Positions 1 to 10,080 of a stretch of 44,806 nt of DNA are shown piece after piece. Within the stretch, counting starts at the first letter, position 1. Every line of letters begins with the position of its first letter. A program made the translations under genes and the position numbers. Origin of the DNA: Candidatus Eiseniibacteriota bacterium (GTDB taxonomy: Bacteria > Eisenbacteria > RBG-16-71-46 > CAZEPH01); contig JBGATO010000030.1 in the NCBI GenBank assembly GCA_044229145.1, forward strand, positions 1 to 44,806, given 5' to 3'. The notes beneath the pieces are model-generated. The model did no database searches. It saw nothing but the letters and a program-made list of their open reading frames with translations, and was not told where the DNA came from.

Positions 1-49
1 GGGCGTGTGCAACTTCCGCGACGATAGTGGAAACTGCACGTTTGGGCAA
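1..49 (-). CDS. Possible 5' end of a gene running off the window (MPKRAVSTIVAEVAHA...)
   Basis: On the minus strand, a GGGAG SD-like motif lies just upstream of TTG at 49 and the frame is open to the window edge. It follows a terminator. Only 16 codons are visible. Confidence 0.35.
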   Translation of the reverse strand, partial: MPKRAVSTIVAEVAHA

Positions 50-70
50 GAGTGGCTCCCACCCTCGCAT

Positions 71-103
71 GGAAAACGGACAAGGCCCGGAGACCTTGTC
101 CGT
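71..103 (-). terminator. Rho-independent terminator
   Basis: Minus strand reads ACGGACAAGG-TCTCCGGG-CCTTGTCCGT followed by TTT. Perfect 10-bp stem (76-85/94-103) about 25 nt after the stop of the DsbD-N gene. Confidence 0.8.
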
Positions 104-129
104 CATCGGGTGCCGCCTGGACGGCGGGC

Positions 130-666
130 CTACCTCTTGACGATGACCGTCAGCTCCACCGGCAGCTTCGCCGGAGCCTGGCAGGCCTCGGCGCTGCATG
201 CCTGGTAGCGCAGCGTACCGGTCAGCTTGTAGGCGCCCGGCTTGGTGCCCGGCTTCACGGTCACCGGGGTGCGCAGGATCGCCGTCTCTCCGTACACCAG
301 CAGCGGCGCGTCGCTGAACGCCAGCTTCTCCGTCTGCGGCACCGGGTAGACCGTCTTGCCGACGCGCAGCGCCGGCGCGGCGTTCCAGGTCAGCACCGTC
401 GGGATCATCGACGGGTCGCCCGGCTTGTGCGCCTGGATGTGGAAGCCGTCGGCGACGTGCACCTTCACGACGGCCCGCACGGTGCGGCCGGGCCGCGCGA
501 CGGTGGGCGTCAGCTCGGCCTTGAGCGCGACCGGCGCGTCCGCGGCGGCGTCGGTGCCAGGGCCCGCCTTCGCCACCGCGACCCAGCCGGCGCACGCGGC
601 GCCGACGGCGATGCCGGTGGCGAGCAGCGTCCACGCCATCAGCTGCGTGGAGCGCCGCGCCCGCAC
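130..666 (-). CDS. Secreted stand-alone DsbD N-terminal (DsbD-alpha-like) domain protein
   Basis: Signal-peptide-like MAWTLLATGIAVGAACAGWVAVAKA. GFHIQAH, YPVPQ, LVYGE and LRYQACSAEACQAP motifs (C-x4-C pair). Start is GTG 666 or ATG 639, not 759. Confidence 0.75.
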   Translation of the reverse strand: MRARRSTQLMAWTLLATGIAVGAACAGWVAVAKAGPGTDAAADAPVALKAELTPTVARPGRTVRAVVKVHVADGFHIQAHKPGDPSMIPTVLTWNAAPALRVGKTVYPVPQTEKLAFSDAPLLVYGETAILRTPVTVKPGTKPGAYKLTGTLRYQACSAEACQAPAKLPVELTVIVKR

Positions 667-730
667 CCGCCGCGCACTGCTGCGGCCGAGCGCACTGCGG
701 TGCAAGAACGAACCGTTCGCGGGAACGGCG

Positions 731-1606
731 TTACGGGAGAAGATCGACGAGGTCACCATAGGTCTCCGGCCGGCGGTCGCGGTAGAACTGCCACACGTTG
801 CGGACTTCGCGAATCATGTCCATGTCGAGATCGGTCACGATCACGTCGTCGGTGTCGCGCGTGCCCTGGGCGATGATCTGGCCGCGCGGGTTGACGAAGT
901 AGCTCTTGCCGTAGAACTCGCCCATGTTCCACGGCTTCTCGACGCCGACGCGGTTGATCGCTCCGACGAAGTAGCCGTTGGCCACCGCGTGCGCCGGCTG
1001 CTCGAGTTCCCATAGGTACTCGGAGAGCCCGGCCACCGTCGCCGACGGGTTGAAGACGATCTCGGCGCCCGCCAAGCCGAGCGCGCGCGCGCCCTCGGGG
1101 AAGTGCCGGTCGTAGCAGATGTACACGCCGATGCGGCCCACCGCGGTGTCGAACACCGGATAGCCCGTGTTGCCCGGCTTGAAATAGTACTTTTCCCAGA
1201 AGCCGGGCGCGACGTGCGGGATGTGGTTCTTGCGGTACTTGCCGAGGTACGTCCCGTCCGCGTCGATCACCGCGGCGGTGTTGTAGTAGACGCCCGGTTG
1301 CTCCTCTTCGTACACGGGCACCACCAAGACCATCCCGTGCTGGCGCGCCAGTTCGCACATGAGCTCGGTGGTCGGGCCGTCTGGCACGCGCTCGACGCTG
1401 GCGTACCACTTGGGGTCCTGCTCGGCGCAGAAGTACGGGCCGTAGAAGATCTCTTGCAAGCAGACGACCTTGGCGCCCTTGGCGGCGGCCTCGGCGATCA
1501 ACTTCACGTGCTTGTCGATCATCGCCTGCTTGATCTCGGGCAGCGATCCTTCGCCGCCGGACTCGCAGCGCGCCTGGATCAACCCGGCGCGGACAATGCG
1601 GGACAT
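731..1606 (-). CDS. Nitrilase-superfamily C-N hydrolase, beta-ureidopropionase / N-carbamoyl-amidohydrolase-like
   Basis: Catalytic E-K-C motifs CLQEIF, YRKNHIP and ICYDRHFPE. Also FWEKYYF and WQFYRDRRP. GGAGG SD before ATG 1606. Pyrimidine-salvage neighbourhood. Confidence 0.9.
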   Translation of the reverse strand: MSRIVRAGLIQARCESGGEGSLPEIKQAMIDKHVKLIAEAAAKGAKVVCLQEIFYGPYFCAEQDPKWYASVERVPDGPTTELMCELARQHGMVLVVPVYEEEQPGVYYNTAAVIDADGTYLGKYRKNHIPHVAPGFWEKYYFKPGNTGYPVFDTAVGRIGVYICYDRHFPEGARALGLAGAEIVFNPSATVAGLSEYLWELEQPAHAVANGYFVGAINRVGVEKPWNMGEFYGKSYFVNPRGQIIAQGTRDTDDVIVTDLDMDMIREVRNVWQFYRDRRPETYGDLVDLLP

Positions 1607-1665
1607 GGGTGCACCTCCGGACGAAACGCTGGCGCGGCACGCAGGCCGCATGCGCGGAACGGCTG

Positions 1666-1695
1666 ACGCTACCAACCGCCGCCGCGCGGCGTCAA
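1666..1695 (-). promoter_or_regulatory. Putative sigma70 promoter for the nitrilase gene
   Basis: TTGACG-N18-TAGCGT with an extended -10 TG, about 60 nt upstream of the start. Confidence 0.5.
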
Positions 1696-1711
1696 TCGAG
1701 GTGCGCGAGGC

Positions 1712-2131
1712 CTACTCGTGTTCGCGGGTGTGCGGCAGGGCGGCGTCGGGCACGGTGCCGAGCGGCGGGGCGAGCAGCCAGCCCATCGCCAGGTCGTAGC
1801 GCGTGAACATGCGGACGTTGAATCCGGCGTTGCGGCTCACGGTTTCGACGAAGTCGTGGGAATGGTCGCCGGGCTCATGCAGCACGGCGACCCGATTGGA
1901 GCGCGCCACGTGGGTTTCGGGCAGCGTCTCGTAGGCGAACTGGTAGTTGCTGAGCGTGGTTTCGACGTTGCGCGCCTGGCGCACGTCGATGAGGAAGCGC
2001 GAGATGCCGCGCTCGGTGCCCATGGCCTGGGCGGCCATCGAGTATTCCGCCGCCATGGCGGTCGTGAGTTCGCCCTGCACGCGAACCACGATGATGCCGG
2101 CACGCTCATCGCATTCGACGGTGTAATTCAT
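1712..2131 (-). CDS. Small STAS/SpoIIAA-like hypothetical protein
   Basis: MNYTVECDERAGIIVVRVQGEL...RFLIDVRQA...FVETVSRNAGFNVRMF...AMGWL has the alpha/beta pattern of SpoIIAA-like proteins. GAGGA SD before ATG 2131. Confidence 0.6.
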   Translation of the reverse strand: MNYTVECDERAGIIVVRVQGELTTAMAAEYSMAAQAMGTERGISRFLIDVRQARNVETTLSNYQFAYETLPETHVARSNRVAVLHEPGDHSHDFVETVSRNAGFNVRMFTRYDLAMGWLLAPPLGTVPDAALPHTREHE

Positions 2132-2160
2132 CACGTCCTCGACTGTGCGACTCAGAGACG

Positions 2161-2206
2161 GTACGGCGCGAGACGCGTCCACGCCGGACGCGTCTCGTCA
2201 CCGTAC
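2161..2206. repeat. Long intergenic inverted repeat (hairpin)
   Basis: CGAGACGCGTCC-ACGCC-GGACGCGTCTCG (12-bp perfect stem, 2169-2197), extended by GTACGG/CCGTAC. Confidence 0.75.
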
Positions 2207-2262
2207 TCATCTCATCATCGGCACCCGAGGCGGTCAAGGAGGCCACTGGGTGTACGGAACCC

Positions 2263-3951
2263 TTAGGCCGCTCTCGCGAGGTACTCCGCAGACTGGCTGG
2301 CCGACGCCAGATGCGCCGGCACCGACCGGTGCGGCACGTCCACCTGGAAGCGCCGCACGGCCTCGTTGAGCGACTGCGCCAGGCGCGACAGTTCGGCCGA
2401 GGCCGCCTGCGTCTGGCTGGCGCCGGCCGCCGTGGTTTCCGCGGTCTGCGCGACCCGCCGCACGCTCTCGGCGATGCCCTCGCCGCCGCGCGCCGCGTCG
2501 GAGATGTGGCGGCTGATCTCGCTGGTGGTGGCCGTCTGCTCCTCGACCGCGCTGGCGATCGAGCTCTGGATGTCGTTGATCTGGCCGATCACCGTGCTGA
2601 TTTCGCCCAGCGCCGCCACCGCTTCGCGCGAGTCGGTCTGGATCTGGCCGATGGATCGGGCGATTTCGGCGGTGGCCTGCGACGTCTTCTCGGCGAGTTC
2701 CTTCACCTCGTGCGCGACCACCGCGAAACCCTTGCCGGCGTCGCCGGCGCGCGCCGCCTCGATGGTGGCATTGAGGGCGAGCAGGTTGGTCTGCTGCGCG
2801 ATGGTGTTGATGAGGCGCGACACCGCCTCGATTTCGGTGCTCGAGGTGCCGAGGCGCGTCACCACCGCGCTCGAGTGCGCGGCCGTGGCCACGGCGCCGC
2901 TGGCCACGCGCGCCGCCTCCGCCGACGAGCGCGCGATCTCCTTGATGCTGGAGCTGAACTCGTGTGTCGCCGAGGCGATGGTGTTGATGTTCTCGCTCAC
3001 TTGGTCCGAGGAGTTGGACGCCTCGGTGGCCTCGTGCGAGGTGGACGTGGCGTTGGAGTCGAGCGAGCGGCTCACCGCGGTCAATTCGACCGCCGCCGCG
3101 GAAAGGCCTTCACTGCTCTCCCGCATCGAGTTCATCGCCGCGCAGATGGCGTCGAGGCTGGTGTTGAGCGCCGTCGCCATCTGGCCGACTTCGTTGCGCG
3201 CGGTGTAGGCGAGGCGCGCGGTGAGATCGCCGGCTTCGACGCGCTTGAGCACGTTCACCGCTTGCGTCAGCGGTCCGGCGATGCTGCTGGTGATGCGCAC
3301 CGCGATCAAACTGCCGAGCCCGATCGCGATCAATGTGCAGACGATGATGATGACGGTGGCGGCATGCGTCGCGCGGCGCGACTCGGCGGCCATCTTCTCG
3401 CCGTAGTGGTCGAGGCCGGTCACCAGCGATTCGAGCTGTGCCGCGACGGAGCCATACGCCTGACGCGCCGGACCGGCCAGCATCGCGCGCGCCTCGGTAT
3501 CACGCTGCGACGTTTCGAGTTGGCCGATTTCTTCCTGGTAGCGCTGGTACGCCTCCCAGGCCGTCGTGAAGGCTTGCAGCTGCTGCTGGAGGTGAGGATC
3601 CGAGATCGCGCCGCTGAGCACCGTGCCCATGCTGTCGATCCGCAATCCGAGTTGCGCGGCCTTCGCCACATCTGCTTGCCGCTCGGCGGTGCTGGACGTC
3701 AACAATCCGTCCCGCAAGGCGATGCGGTCTTCGTAGACGAGCGCCCGCATTTCCGAAAGCGCGGCGATCGGATGTTCGACGTGCTGGATCGTGAACTCCT
3801 CACGGGCCGCCGTCGACGAGAAGCGCCAAATCGCGAGGCCGCCGACCAGCATCGTCATCGAGACGACGATCGTGAAACTCGCGAACAGCGTCCAGCGAAT
3901 GCCGCGGGACGCGATCACATCCTGTGGGAACACTGTGACATTCTCCGTCAT
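2263..3951 (-). CDS. Methyl-accepting chemotaxis protein (TM-4HB sensor-TM-HAMP-MA)
   Basis: Two TM helices, a HAMP domain (GDLTARL...NEVGQMA) and the hairpin tip [37 protein letters not shown]. Confidence 0.95.
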   Translation of the reverse strand: MTENVTVFPQDVIASRGIRWTLFASFTIVVSMTMLVGGLAIWRFSSTAAREEFTIQHVEHPIAALSEMRALVYEDRIALRDGLLTSSTAERQADVAKAAQLGLRIDSMGTVLSGAISDPHLQQQLQAFTTAWEAYQRYQEEIGQLETSQRDTEARAMLAGPARQAYGSVAAQLESLVTGLDHYGEKMAAESRRATHAATVIIIVCTLIAIGLGSLIAVRITSSIAGPLTQAVNVLKRVEAGDLTARLAYTARNEVGQMATALNTSLDAICAAMNSMRESSEGLSAAAVELTAVSRSLDSNATSTSHEATEASNSSDQVSENINTIASATHEFSSSIKEIARSSAEAARVASGAVATAAHSSAVVTRLGTSSTEIEAVSRLINTIAQQTNLLALNATIEAARAGDAGKGFAVVAHEVKELAEKTSQATAEIARSIGQIQTDSREAVAALGEISTVIGQINDIQSSIASAVEEQTATTSEISRHISDAARGGEGIAESVRRVAQTAETTAAGASQTQAASAELSRLAQSLNEAVRRFQVDVPHRSVPAHLASASQSAEYLARAA

Positions 3952-4200
3952 GGGGGAGTTCTGAAGGCGGGGCGCGGGCGGCTCGCGCGCCGGACCGCAT
4001 GGGGGCGGTCAGAGGGCAGGCGAGGCGGAGGCGGCACCCTCCACGACTACCAGGACAGCGCGCGAGCGCCGCGTCCTTCACCTCGTGATATCGGTGGACG
4101 CGGCGGGAAGGCATCGCTCCCGCGCGGGCCGGATCGCCCAAGGTGGTAAGCCGCGAGGCGAAAACTGCGGGAAATGCCCCGTCCACCGGATCGCGCGCCA

Positions 4201-4230
4201 TTGTCCAGTGTCGGACCCTCCGTGTAGGAT
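4201..4230 (+). promoter_or_regulatory. Putative sigma70 promoter for the udk-tdk-bmp-ABC operon
   Basis: TTGTCC-N18-TAGGAT, about 95 nt upstream of the udk ATG. Confidence 0.45.
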
Positions 4231-4324
4231 GCGCGCGGATCTCCTCACCGGCACGAGCCGGGGAGCGACAGACGTCCCGGGCCGAGCGCGGCCGCCGGGC
4301 CGGCACGGACACGACGGGGCAGTC

Positions 4325-5053
4325 ATGAGCAAGCGGGGCATCCTCATCGGCATCGCAGGCGGGTCCGGCTCGGGCAAGAGCTCGGTCGCGGAAACGCTCG
4401 TCAAGGATTTGGGGTCCGACCGCGTCGTCATCCTTCGCCAGGACAGCTACTACAAGAACATCGACGCCGTCCGCCGCCCCGGGGAGCCGGTCCCCAACTT
4501 CGACCATCCGGATGCGCTGGACCTCGAGCTGCTCCACGAACACTGCGCCGAACTGCTCGAAGGCCGTCCCATCGAGCAGCCGGTCTACGACTTCAGCACG
4601 CACAGCCGCGCCGGGTCGGCCACCATCGCCGGGCCGCACCACGTCATCATCCTCGAAGGCACGCTGGTGCTCTACGACGAGATGCTGCGGGCGCTGATGG
4701 ACATCAAGCTGTACGTCGACGCGGACGCCGACATCCGTCTGCTGCGCCGCTTGCGCCGCGACGTCGCCGAGCGCGGCCGCACGCCGGAGTCGGTCATCAC
4801 GCAGTACGAAATCACCGTGCGGCCGATGCACATGACCTTCGTGGAGCCCTCCAAGCGCCACGCCGACGTCATCATTCCCGAGGGCGGCCACAATCTGGTC
4901 GCCATCGACCTGCTCAAGACGAAGGTGCGCGCGCTGCTGGATCAGCGCGCCGCCGACGACGCGGCGGACGAGGCGCGGCGCAAGTCGCCGACGCTGTTCG
5001 CCGAGGCATCGGGCGGCGCCGCCGCCGGCGCGCCGCCGGCCATCGCCCGCTAG
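4325..5053 (+). CDS. udk: Uridine kinase
   Basis: IGIAGGSGSGKS P-loop, QDSYY, NFDHPDA, PVYDF, RRLRRDVAERGR, VRPMH..FVEPSK..AD.IIP. Start is ATG 4325. Confidence 0.95.
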   Translation: MSKRGILIGIAGGSGSGKSSVAETLVKDLGSDRVVILRQDSYYKNIDAVRRPGEPVPNFDHPDALDLELLHEHCAELLEGRPIEQPVYDFSTHSRAGSATIAGPHHVIILEGTLVLYDEMLRALMDIKLYVDADADIRLLRRLRRDVAERGRTPESVITQYEITVRPMHMTFVEPSKRHADVIIPEGGHNLVAIDLLKTKVRALLDQRAADDAADEARRKSPTLFAEASGGAAAGAPPAIAR

Positions 5054-5085
5054 ACCCCCACCCACGCATCGAGGGAACGACACGC

Positions 5086-5742
5086 ATGTCGGAAGTACGC
5101 CGCCGGGAGAGTGACGGCCGAGGCTGGATCGAAGTCGTCTGCGGACCGATGTTCAGCGGCAAGACGGAGGAGTTGATCCGCCGCCTGCGCCGCGCGCAGA
5201 TCGCCCGCCAGCGCGTCGAAATCCTCAAGCCCGCCATCGACAAGCGCTACAGCGCGAACCACATCGTGTCGCACTCGGCGCAGTCGATTCCGAGCGTCAT
5301 GGTGGCGAACGCGGCCGAGTGCCTGGAGCGCGCCAAGGAAGCCGATGTGCTCGGCATCGACGAGGCGCAGTTCCTCGGGCCGGAGCTGCCGGCGGTGTGC
5401 GAAGAGCTGGCGAACCGCGGCGTGCGCGTGATCGTCGCCGGGCTCGACATGGACTACCTCGGCAAGCCGTTCGAGCCGATTCCGCAACTGCTGGCCATCG
5501 CCGAGTACATCACGAAGACGCTAGCGATCTGTGTGATCTGCGGCGAACCGGCGAGCCGCACGCAGCGCACGGTGGCGGTCGAAGGCCGCGTCGCGGTGGG
5601 CGCCACCGACAAGTACGAGGCGCGCTGCCGGCAGTGCTTCAAGCCGCCGTTCGACGCGCCGACGCCCCCGCCGGACATCCTGGCGTCGTTGCAGCAGCAG
5701 TTGTTCGCCGGCGCCGGCGCGCCGCACGGCGACGGCCACTAA
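5086..5742 (+). CDS. tdk: Thymidine kinase
   Basis: GWIEVVCGPMFSGKTEELIRR, GIDEAQF, AGLDMDY, zinc ligands CVIC and YEARCRQC. Confidence 0.97.
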   Translation: MSEVRRRESDGRGWIEVVCGPMFSGKTEELIRRLRRAQIARQRVEILKPAIDKRYSANHIVSHSAQSIPSVMVANAAECLERAKEADVLGIDEAQFLGPELPAVCEELANRGVRVIVAGLDMDYLGKPFEPIPQLLAIAEYITKTLAICVICGEPASRTQRTVAVEGRVAVGATDKYEARCRQCFKPPFDAPTPPPDILASLQQQLFAGAGAPHGDGH

Positions 5743-5779
5743 CACGGCGGCCGCGGCCGCCCCGCTGAAGGAGTCTCGC

Positions 5780-6844
5780 ATGCGCAGTCGTCTCATCGTC
5801 GCCCTGGCGGCGCTGGCGGTCACCGGGATGTTCGCCGCGTGCGGCGGCGCGAAGAAGCCGGACGGCGGCGCCGGCGCTGCCAAGGGCGCGCTCACCGTCG
5901 GTCTGGTGTTCGACATCGGCGGACGCGGCGACAAGAGCTTCAACGACGCGGCCTACGCCGGCCTCGAGCGCGCCAAGAACGAACTGGGCGTCAGCACGTC
6001 GTACGTCGAGCCGGGCGAGTCGATGGACCGCGAAGCCTCGCTGCGCCAACTCGCGGTGGCGGGCAACACGGTCGTCTTCGGCATCGGTTTCATGTTCACC
6101 GACGACATCACGGCGATCGCGCGCGAGTTCCCGCAGCAGTCGTTCGCCTGCGTAGACTACTCGTTCGACCCGGCGAAGCCGCTGCCCGCGAATCTCGCCG
6201 CGTTGACGTTCAAGGAGAACGAAGGCTCGTTCTTGGTCGGCGCGCTGGCGGCGTTGACGTCGAAGACGCATACCATCGGATTCGTTGGCGGGATGGACTC
6301 GCCGCTCATCCAGAAGTTCGAGTCGGGCTTCCGCGCCGGCGCGCTCACCGTGGACCCGAAGTGCCAGGTGATCGTCAACTACGCCGGCGTCACGGGGGAG
6401 GCGTTCAAGAACCCGACCAAGGGCAAGGAACTCGCGCTCGCCCAGAACGCCAAGGGCGCCGACGTCATCTACCACGCCTCCGGCAGTACCGGCCTCGGCG
6501 TGTTCGAGGCGGCGAAGGAGAAGAACTTCCTCGCCATCGGCGTGGACCGCGACCAGTACGACGACATGCCGGGCCACATCCTCACGTCGATGGTGAAGGG
6601 TGTGTCGGAAGCGGTGTTCGGCGTCGTGCAAGAGGTCAAGGGCGGCACCTTCCAGGGCGGGCACGAGGAACTCGGGCTCAAGGAGAAGGGCGTCGACTAC
6701 GTCTACGACGACCACAACAAGGCGCTCATTCCCGACGACGTGCATGCCAAGGTCGAGAAGCTGCGCGGCATGATCGTCGACGGGACGATCGCGGTGCCGT
6801 CGACGCGCGCCGAGCTCGAGTCGTTCACGGCGCCGACGTTCTAG
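5780..6844 (+). CDS. BMP/PnrA-family nucleoside ABC transporter substrate-binding lipoprotein
   Basis: Lipobox FAAC. GGRGDKSFN, FKENEGSFLVG, ADVIYHASG, AIGVDRDQ, ILTSMVK. AAGGAG SD. Confidence 0.93.
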   Translation: MRSRLIVALAALAVTGMFAACGGAKKPDGGAGAAKGALTVGLVFDIGGRGDKSFNDAAYAGLERAKNELGVSTSYVEPGESMDREASLRQLAVAGNTVVFGIGFMFTDDITAIAREFPQQSFACVDYSFDPAKPLPANLAALTFKENEGSFLVGALAALTSKTHTIGFVGGMDSPLIQKFESGFRAGALTVDPKCQVIVNYAGVTGEAFKNPTKGKELALAQNAKGADVIYHASGSTGLGVFEAAKEKNFLAIGVDRDQYDDMPGHILTSMVKGVSEAVFGVVQEVKGGTFQGGHEELGLKEKGVDYVYDDHNKALIPDDVHAKVEKLRGMIVDGTIAVPSTRAELESFTAPTF

Positions 6845-6861
6845 GGCGCCGTCTCCGCCGC

Positions 6862-8418
6862 ATGAGCGCCGCCGCGCCGTCCGCCGCCGCCGCCGTCGCC
6901 ATGCGCGGCGTCACCAAGCGCTTCGCGCGCGTGGTGGCCAACGACGCGGTGGACTTCACGGTGCACGCCGGCGAGATCCACGGCTTGGTCGGCGAGAACG
7001 GCGCCGGCAAGTCGACGTTGATGAAGGTGCTGGCCGGCTACCACCGCGCCGACGGCGGCACCATCGCGTTGCACGGGCGCGAGGTCGCGCTCAAGTCTCC
7101 ACGGGACGCGTTGCGTCACGGCGTCGGCATGGTGCACCAGCACTTCATGTTGATCCCGCCGCTCACCGTGGCGGAAAACGTCATCCTCGGCGCGGAAGGC
7201 GTGGGCGCCGTCGGCCCGGTGTCGCCGAAGCGCGCCGCCGCGCGCATCGCGACGATGGCCGAGCAGCTCGGGCTCCACGTCGATCCGCTGGCGCGCGTCG
7301 CCGACCTCAGCGTCGGCCAACAGCAACGTGTCGAGATTCTGAAGGCGCTCTACCGCGACGCCTCGATCCTCATCCTCGACGAACCCACCGCCGTGCTCGC
7401 GCCGCAGGAATCCGACGAACTGTTCCGCGTCCTCCGCACGTTGCGCGCCGAGGGACGCACCATCGTTCTCATCACGCACCGTCTCACCGAAGTGCTGGCC
7501 ATCTGCGATCGCGTGACCGTGATGCGCGCCGGCCGCGTGCAGGGTGTGGTGGAGACCGCATCGACCTCCCGCGAGGAACTCGCGCACTTGATGGTGGGGC
7601 GGCCGGTGCTGCTCGAAGTCGGCAAGACGCCGGCGACGCCGGGCGGCGCGGTGCTGCGCGTGCAGAACCTCTCAGTGAAGGACGCGCGCGGCGTGACCGC
7701 GGTCAAGAACGTGTCGTTCGACGTCGCGGCGGGGGAGATCTTCGGGATCGCCGGCGTCGAGGGCAACGGACAGACCGAACTCGTCGAAGCGCTGACCGGC
7801 TTGCGGCGTGTGGCGAGCGGGCAGGTGACGCTGCTGTCGCAGCGCGTGGAGAACGCGTCGGCGCGCACGCTGACGGCGCGCGGGGTGGCGCACGTGCCGG
7901 AGGATCGTCACCGGCGCGGCCTCGTGCTGGACTTCAGCGTCGACGAGAACCTGGTGCTGGGCCGTCACCGGCGTGCCCCGGCAGCGCGCGGCGTGTTGCT
8001 CGATCATGCCGGGTTGCGGGCACACGCCGCTGGGCTCATCGAGCGGTTCGACATCCGGCCGCCGGCAGGCGGTGTGGCGGCGCGCGCCTTGAGCGGCGGC
8101 AATCAGCAGAAGGTCGTGGTGGCGCGCGAGTTCGAGGGCGACGCGGTGCTGTTGGTGTGCGCTCAGCCGACGCGCGGCGTGGATGTCGGCGCCATCGAAT
8201 TCATCCACCGGCGCATCGTCGCGCAGCGCGACGCGGGACGCGCCGTGCTCCTGATCAGCGCCGACCTCGGCGAACTTCTCAGCCTCGCCGACCGTGTCGG
8301 CGTGATGTACGGCGGCCGGCTGGTGGACGTCCTCGACGCCGCCGACACCGACGAACGCGAGATCGGCTTGCTGATGACCGGCGGCTCCCCGGCCGCCCGC
8401 ATGGTCAAGAAAGTCTAA
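6862..8418 (+). CDS. Nucleoside/sugar (CUT2, NupA/YufO-like) ABC transporter ATP-binding protein with tandem NBDs
   Basis: [31 protein letters not shown]. Second NBD has [25 protein letters not shown]. Real start is ATG 6862; the upstream part of the 859 aa ORF is shadow of the bmp gene. Confidence 0.93.
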   Translation: MSAAAPSAAAAVAMRGVTKRFARVVANDAVDFTVHAGEIHGLVGENGAGKSTLMKVLAGYHRADGGTIALHGREVALKSPRDALRHGVGMVHQHFMLIPPLTVAENVILGAEGVGAVGPVSPKRAAARIATMAEQLGLHVDPLARVADLSVGQQQRVEILKALYRDASILILDEPTAVLAPQESDELFRVLRTLRAEGRTIVLITHRLTEVLAICDRVTVMRAGRVQGVVETASTSREELAHLMVGRPVLLEVGKTPATPGGAVLRVQNLSVKDARGVTAVKNVSFDVAAGEIFGIAGVEGNGQTELVEALTGLRRVASGQVTLLSQRVENASARTLTARGVAHVPEDRHRRGLVLDFSVDENLVLGRHRRAPAARGVLLDHAGLRAHAAGLIERFDIRPPAGGVAARALSGGNQQKVVVAREFEGDAVLLVCAQPTRGVDVGAIEFIHRRIVAQRDAGRAVLLISADLGELLSLADRVGVMYGGRLVDVLDAADTDEREIGLLMTGGSPAARMVKKV

Positions 8419-10080
8419 TTAGCGCAACACCAGGACGCGGGAGTGCACCCGGCGCGCCCGCGCGTCGGTGGCCGCGACGAAGTATACGCCGGGCGCCGTG
8501 GGGGCGCCGTCTCGGCCGGCGAGATCCCAAGTCACGTGCAGGGTGCCATCCGTCGCCGCCGTTTCCGTCAGCGCCGCGCGCCGCGCGCCCGTCACGTCGA
8601 ACACCTCGAGCAGCACCTGTCCCTCCGCGCCACGCAGCGCGAAGTCGACGCTGGAGCCTTCGCGGGAAGACGTCAGGCGGAGGGGCGCGAGTCCGACCAC
8701 GCTTCCCGGACCGTCGGCGCCAGCCGCCAGTGGGGCGTCCGCTTCGATGAACACCGGATCCGAGGTCACGGTGATCGTGGCGAAGCCGTTGGTGACCGTG
8801 ACGTAGCTCACCTGGGCCTGTGATTTTGTCTGCCCCGCGCGCTCGATGAGATACGTGATCTTGGCCCGCGAGCCGGCGATCGGCAGCGTGATGCTGCGCG
8901 AACTCGACGGCGACCACACGATGTCCACCACGCCGCGCGGTGTGGTGAAGCGCATGTCGTAGAGATACTTGGTCTCGTCGCTGCCGGTGCGGTCGCTCAT
9001 GTCGACGGCGGCGGTGAAGCCGCCGAGCTTTTCTGTCAGCTGGCTGTAGGCCTCGTACGCCGGCTTGGTCTGCAAGTTCGGGTAGGTCGTCCAGCGCGTC
9101 AGCGCGACGTTGATGAATTGATCGGTGTAGTCGTAGTTGCCCGGCGACGGTGTCAGGTAGCCGCACGCCACCGCCTTGACGCCGTTGCACAGCGCTTCGG
9201 CGTAGAGCTCGACCGTCGCCTGCGAGTTCAGGGTGTCCGTGTAGCCCTGGCGCCGCGACCAGAACGGCGCACCGCTCTCGAGCGCCCACACCTCCTTGTC
9301 CGGCGGCATGATCGAGCGCAGCCACGCCATCTTGCCGGCCAGCACGTTGTGCGTCTCATAACAGTGGATGTCGATGATGTCGTATGCGCCCTCGTTGATC
9401 AGGCGCTGCGTGCGGATCATCCAGCCTTGGAGCTGGTCGTAGGGAATCCCCTGCGTCGGCGGGAACAGGTCGACGGTGCCGGCGTACCACGCGGCGTTCC
9501 AGGTCTGCGAACTAGAGAGCCCCATCGTGATGATCTTCGCCGAGGGGTCGGCGGCCAGGATGGCGGCCCGGGTGATCGCCAAGTAAGTCAGGTACTCGTC
9601 GATCGAGTCCTTCCAAAAGGTGTCCTCGGCCTCGATGTGCCAGTAGTGCGTCGGGCAAGCGAGACCGGCCATGTCCATGAAGCCGTCGCCATCGTAACGC
9701 TCCACCACGCGGTTCACCGAGTCGGCCCACGCCGGGAGATCGGTGGGGAAGTGCGCGTCGAGCGTGGTGTCGGGGGCGGTGGACAGCGTGAAGATCTGCT
9801 GCACGCCGGCGCTGCACTGCAGGGACAACGTGTTGTCCGCGTCCACCCACCAGCTCGGCTCGAGCGGCCGCAGAAGCCGGGTCGACCACTGGACGCCGAG
9901 GTACTGCATGTTCTGGGTGTCGGGAGAGGCGGCCTTATTGCGGAAGATGCCGAACGGTCCGAGCGTCTGGGCGGGCGCGGGCGCGGCCATGCCAGCGGCA
10001 CACACCACGGCCAGGAGCAGCCCGGCGGCGCGAACGACCCACTGCGAGGAGTGTCGACGACGGTGGAACGCAAACGGCAT
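8419..10080 (-). CDS. Secreted clan GH-A-like glycoside hydrolase with C-terminal FlgD-Ig/CTD domain
   Basis: Signal peptide ending ...AAPAPA-Q. TIM-barrel motifs RYDGDG, YWHIEAE, DIIDIHCY, VWALESG, KPAYEAY. Tail DVTGARRAAL...WDL..RDG...PGVYFV...RVLVLR. Start is ATG 10080 or 10092. Confidence 0.7.
   Translation of the reverse strand: MPFAFHRRRHSSQWVVRAAGLLLAVVCAAGMAAPAPAQTLGPFGIFRNKAASPDTQNMQYLGVQWSTRLLRPLEPSWWVDADNTLSLQCSAGVQQIFTLSTAPDTTLDAHFPTDLPAWADSVNRVVERYDGDGFMDMAGLACPTHYWHIEAEDTFWKDSIDEYLTYLAITRAAILAADPSAKIITMGLSSSQTWNAAWYAGTVDLFPPTQGIPYDQLQGWMIRTQRLINEGAYDIIDIHCYETHNVLAGKMAWLRSIMPPDKEVWALESGAPFWSRRQGYTDTLNSQATVELYAEALCNGVKAVACGYLTPSPGNYDYTDQFINVALTRWTTYPNLQTKPAYEAYSQLTEKLGGFTAAVDMSDRTGSDETKYLYDMRFTTPRGVVDIVWSPSSSRSITLPIAGSRAKITYLIERAGQTKSQAQVSYVTVTNGFATITVTSDPVFIEADAPLAAGADGPGSVVGLAPLRLTSSREGSSVDFALRGAEGQVLLEVFDVTGARRAALTETAATDGTLHVTWDLAGRDGAPTAPGVYFVAATDARARRVHSRVLVLR

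Noticed and set aside
1..110. tRNA or other structured RNA at the window start
   Set aside because: No cloverleaf or T-loop GTTC. It is better explained by a terminator plus a possible gene start.
4080..4125. Sigma28 promoter for the MCP (ACCGATAT on the minus strand)
   Set aside because: Only a -10-like element. No TAAA-like -35 at the proper spacing.
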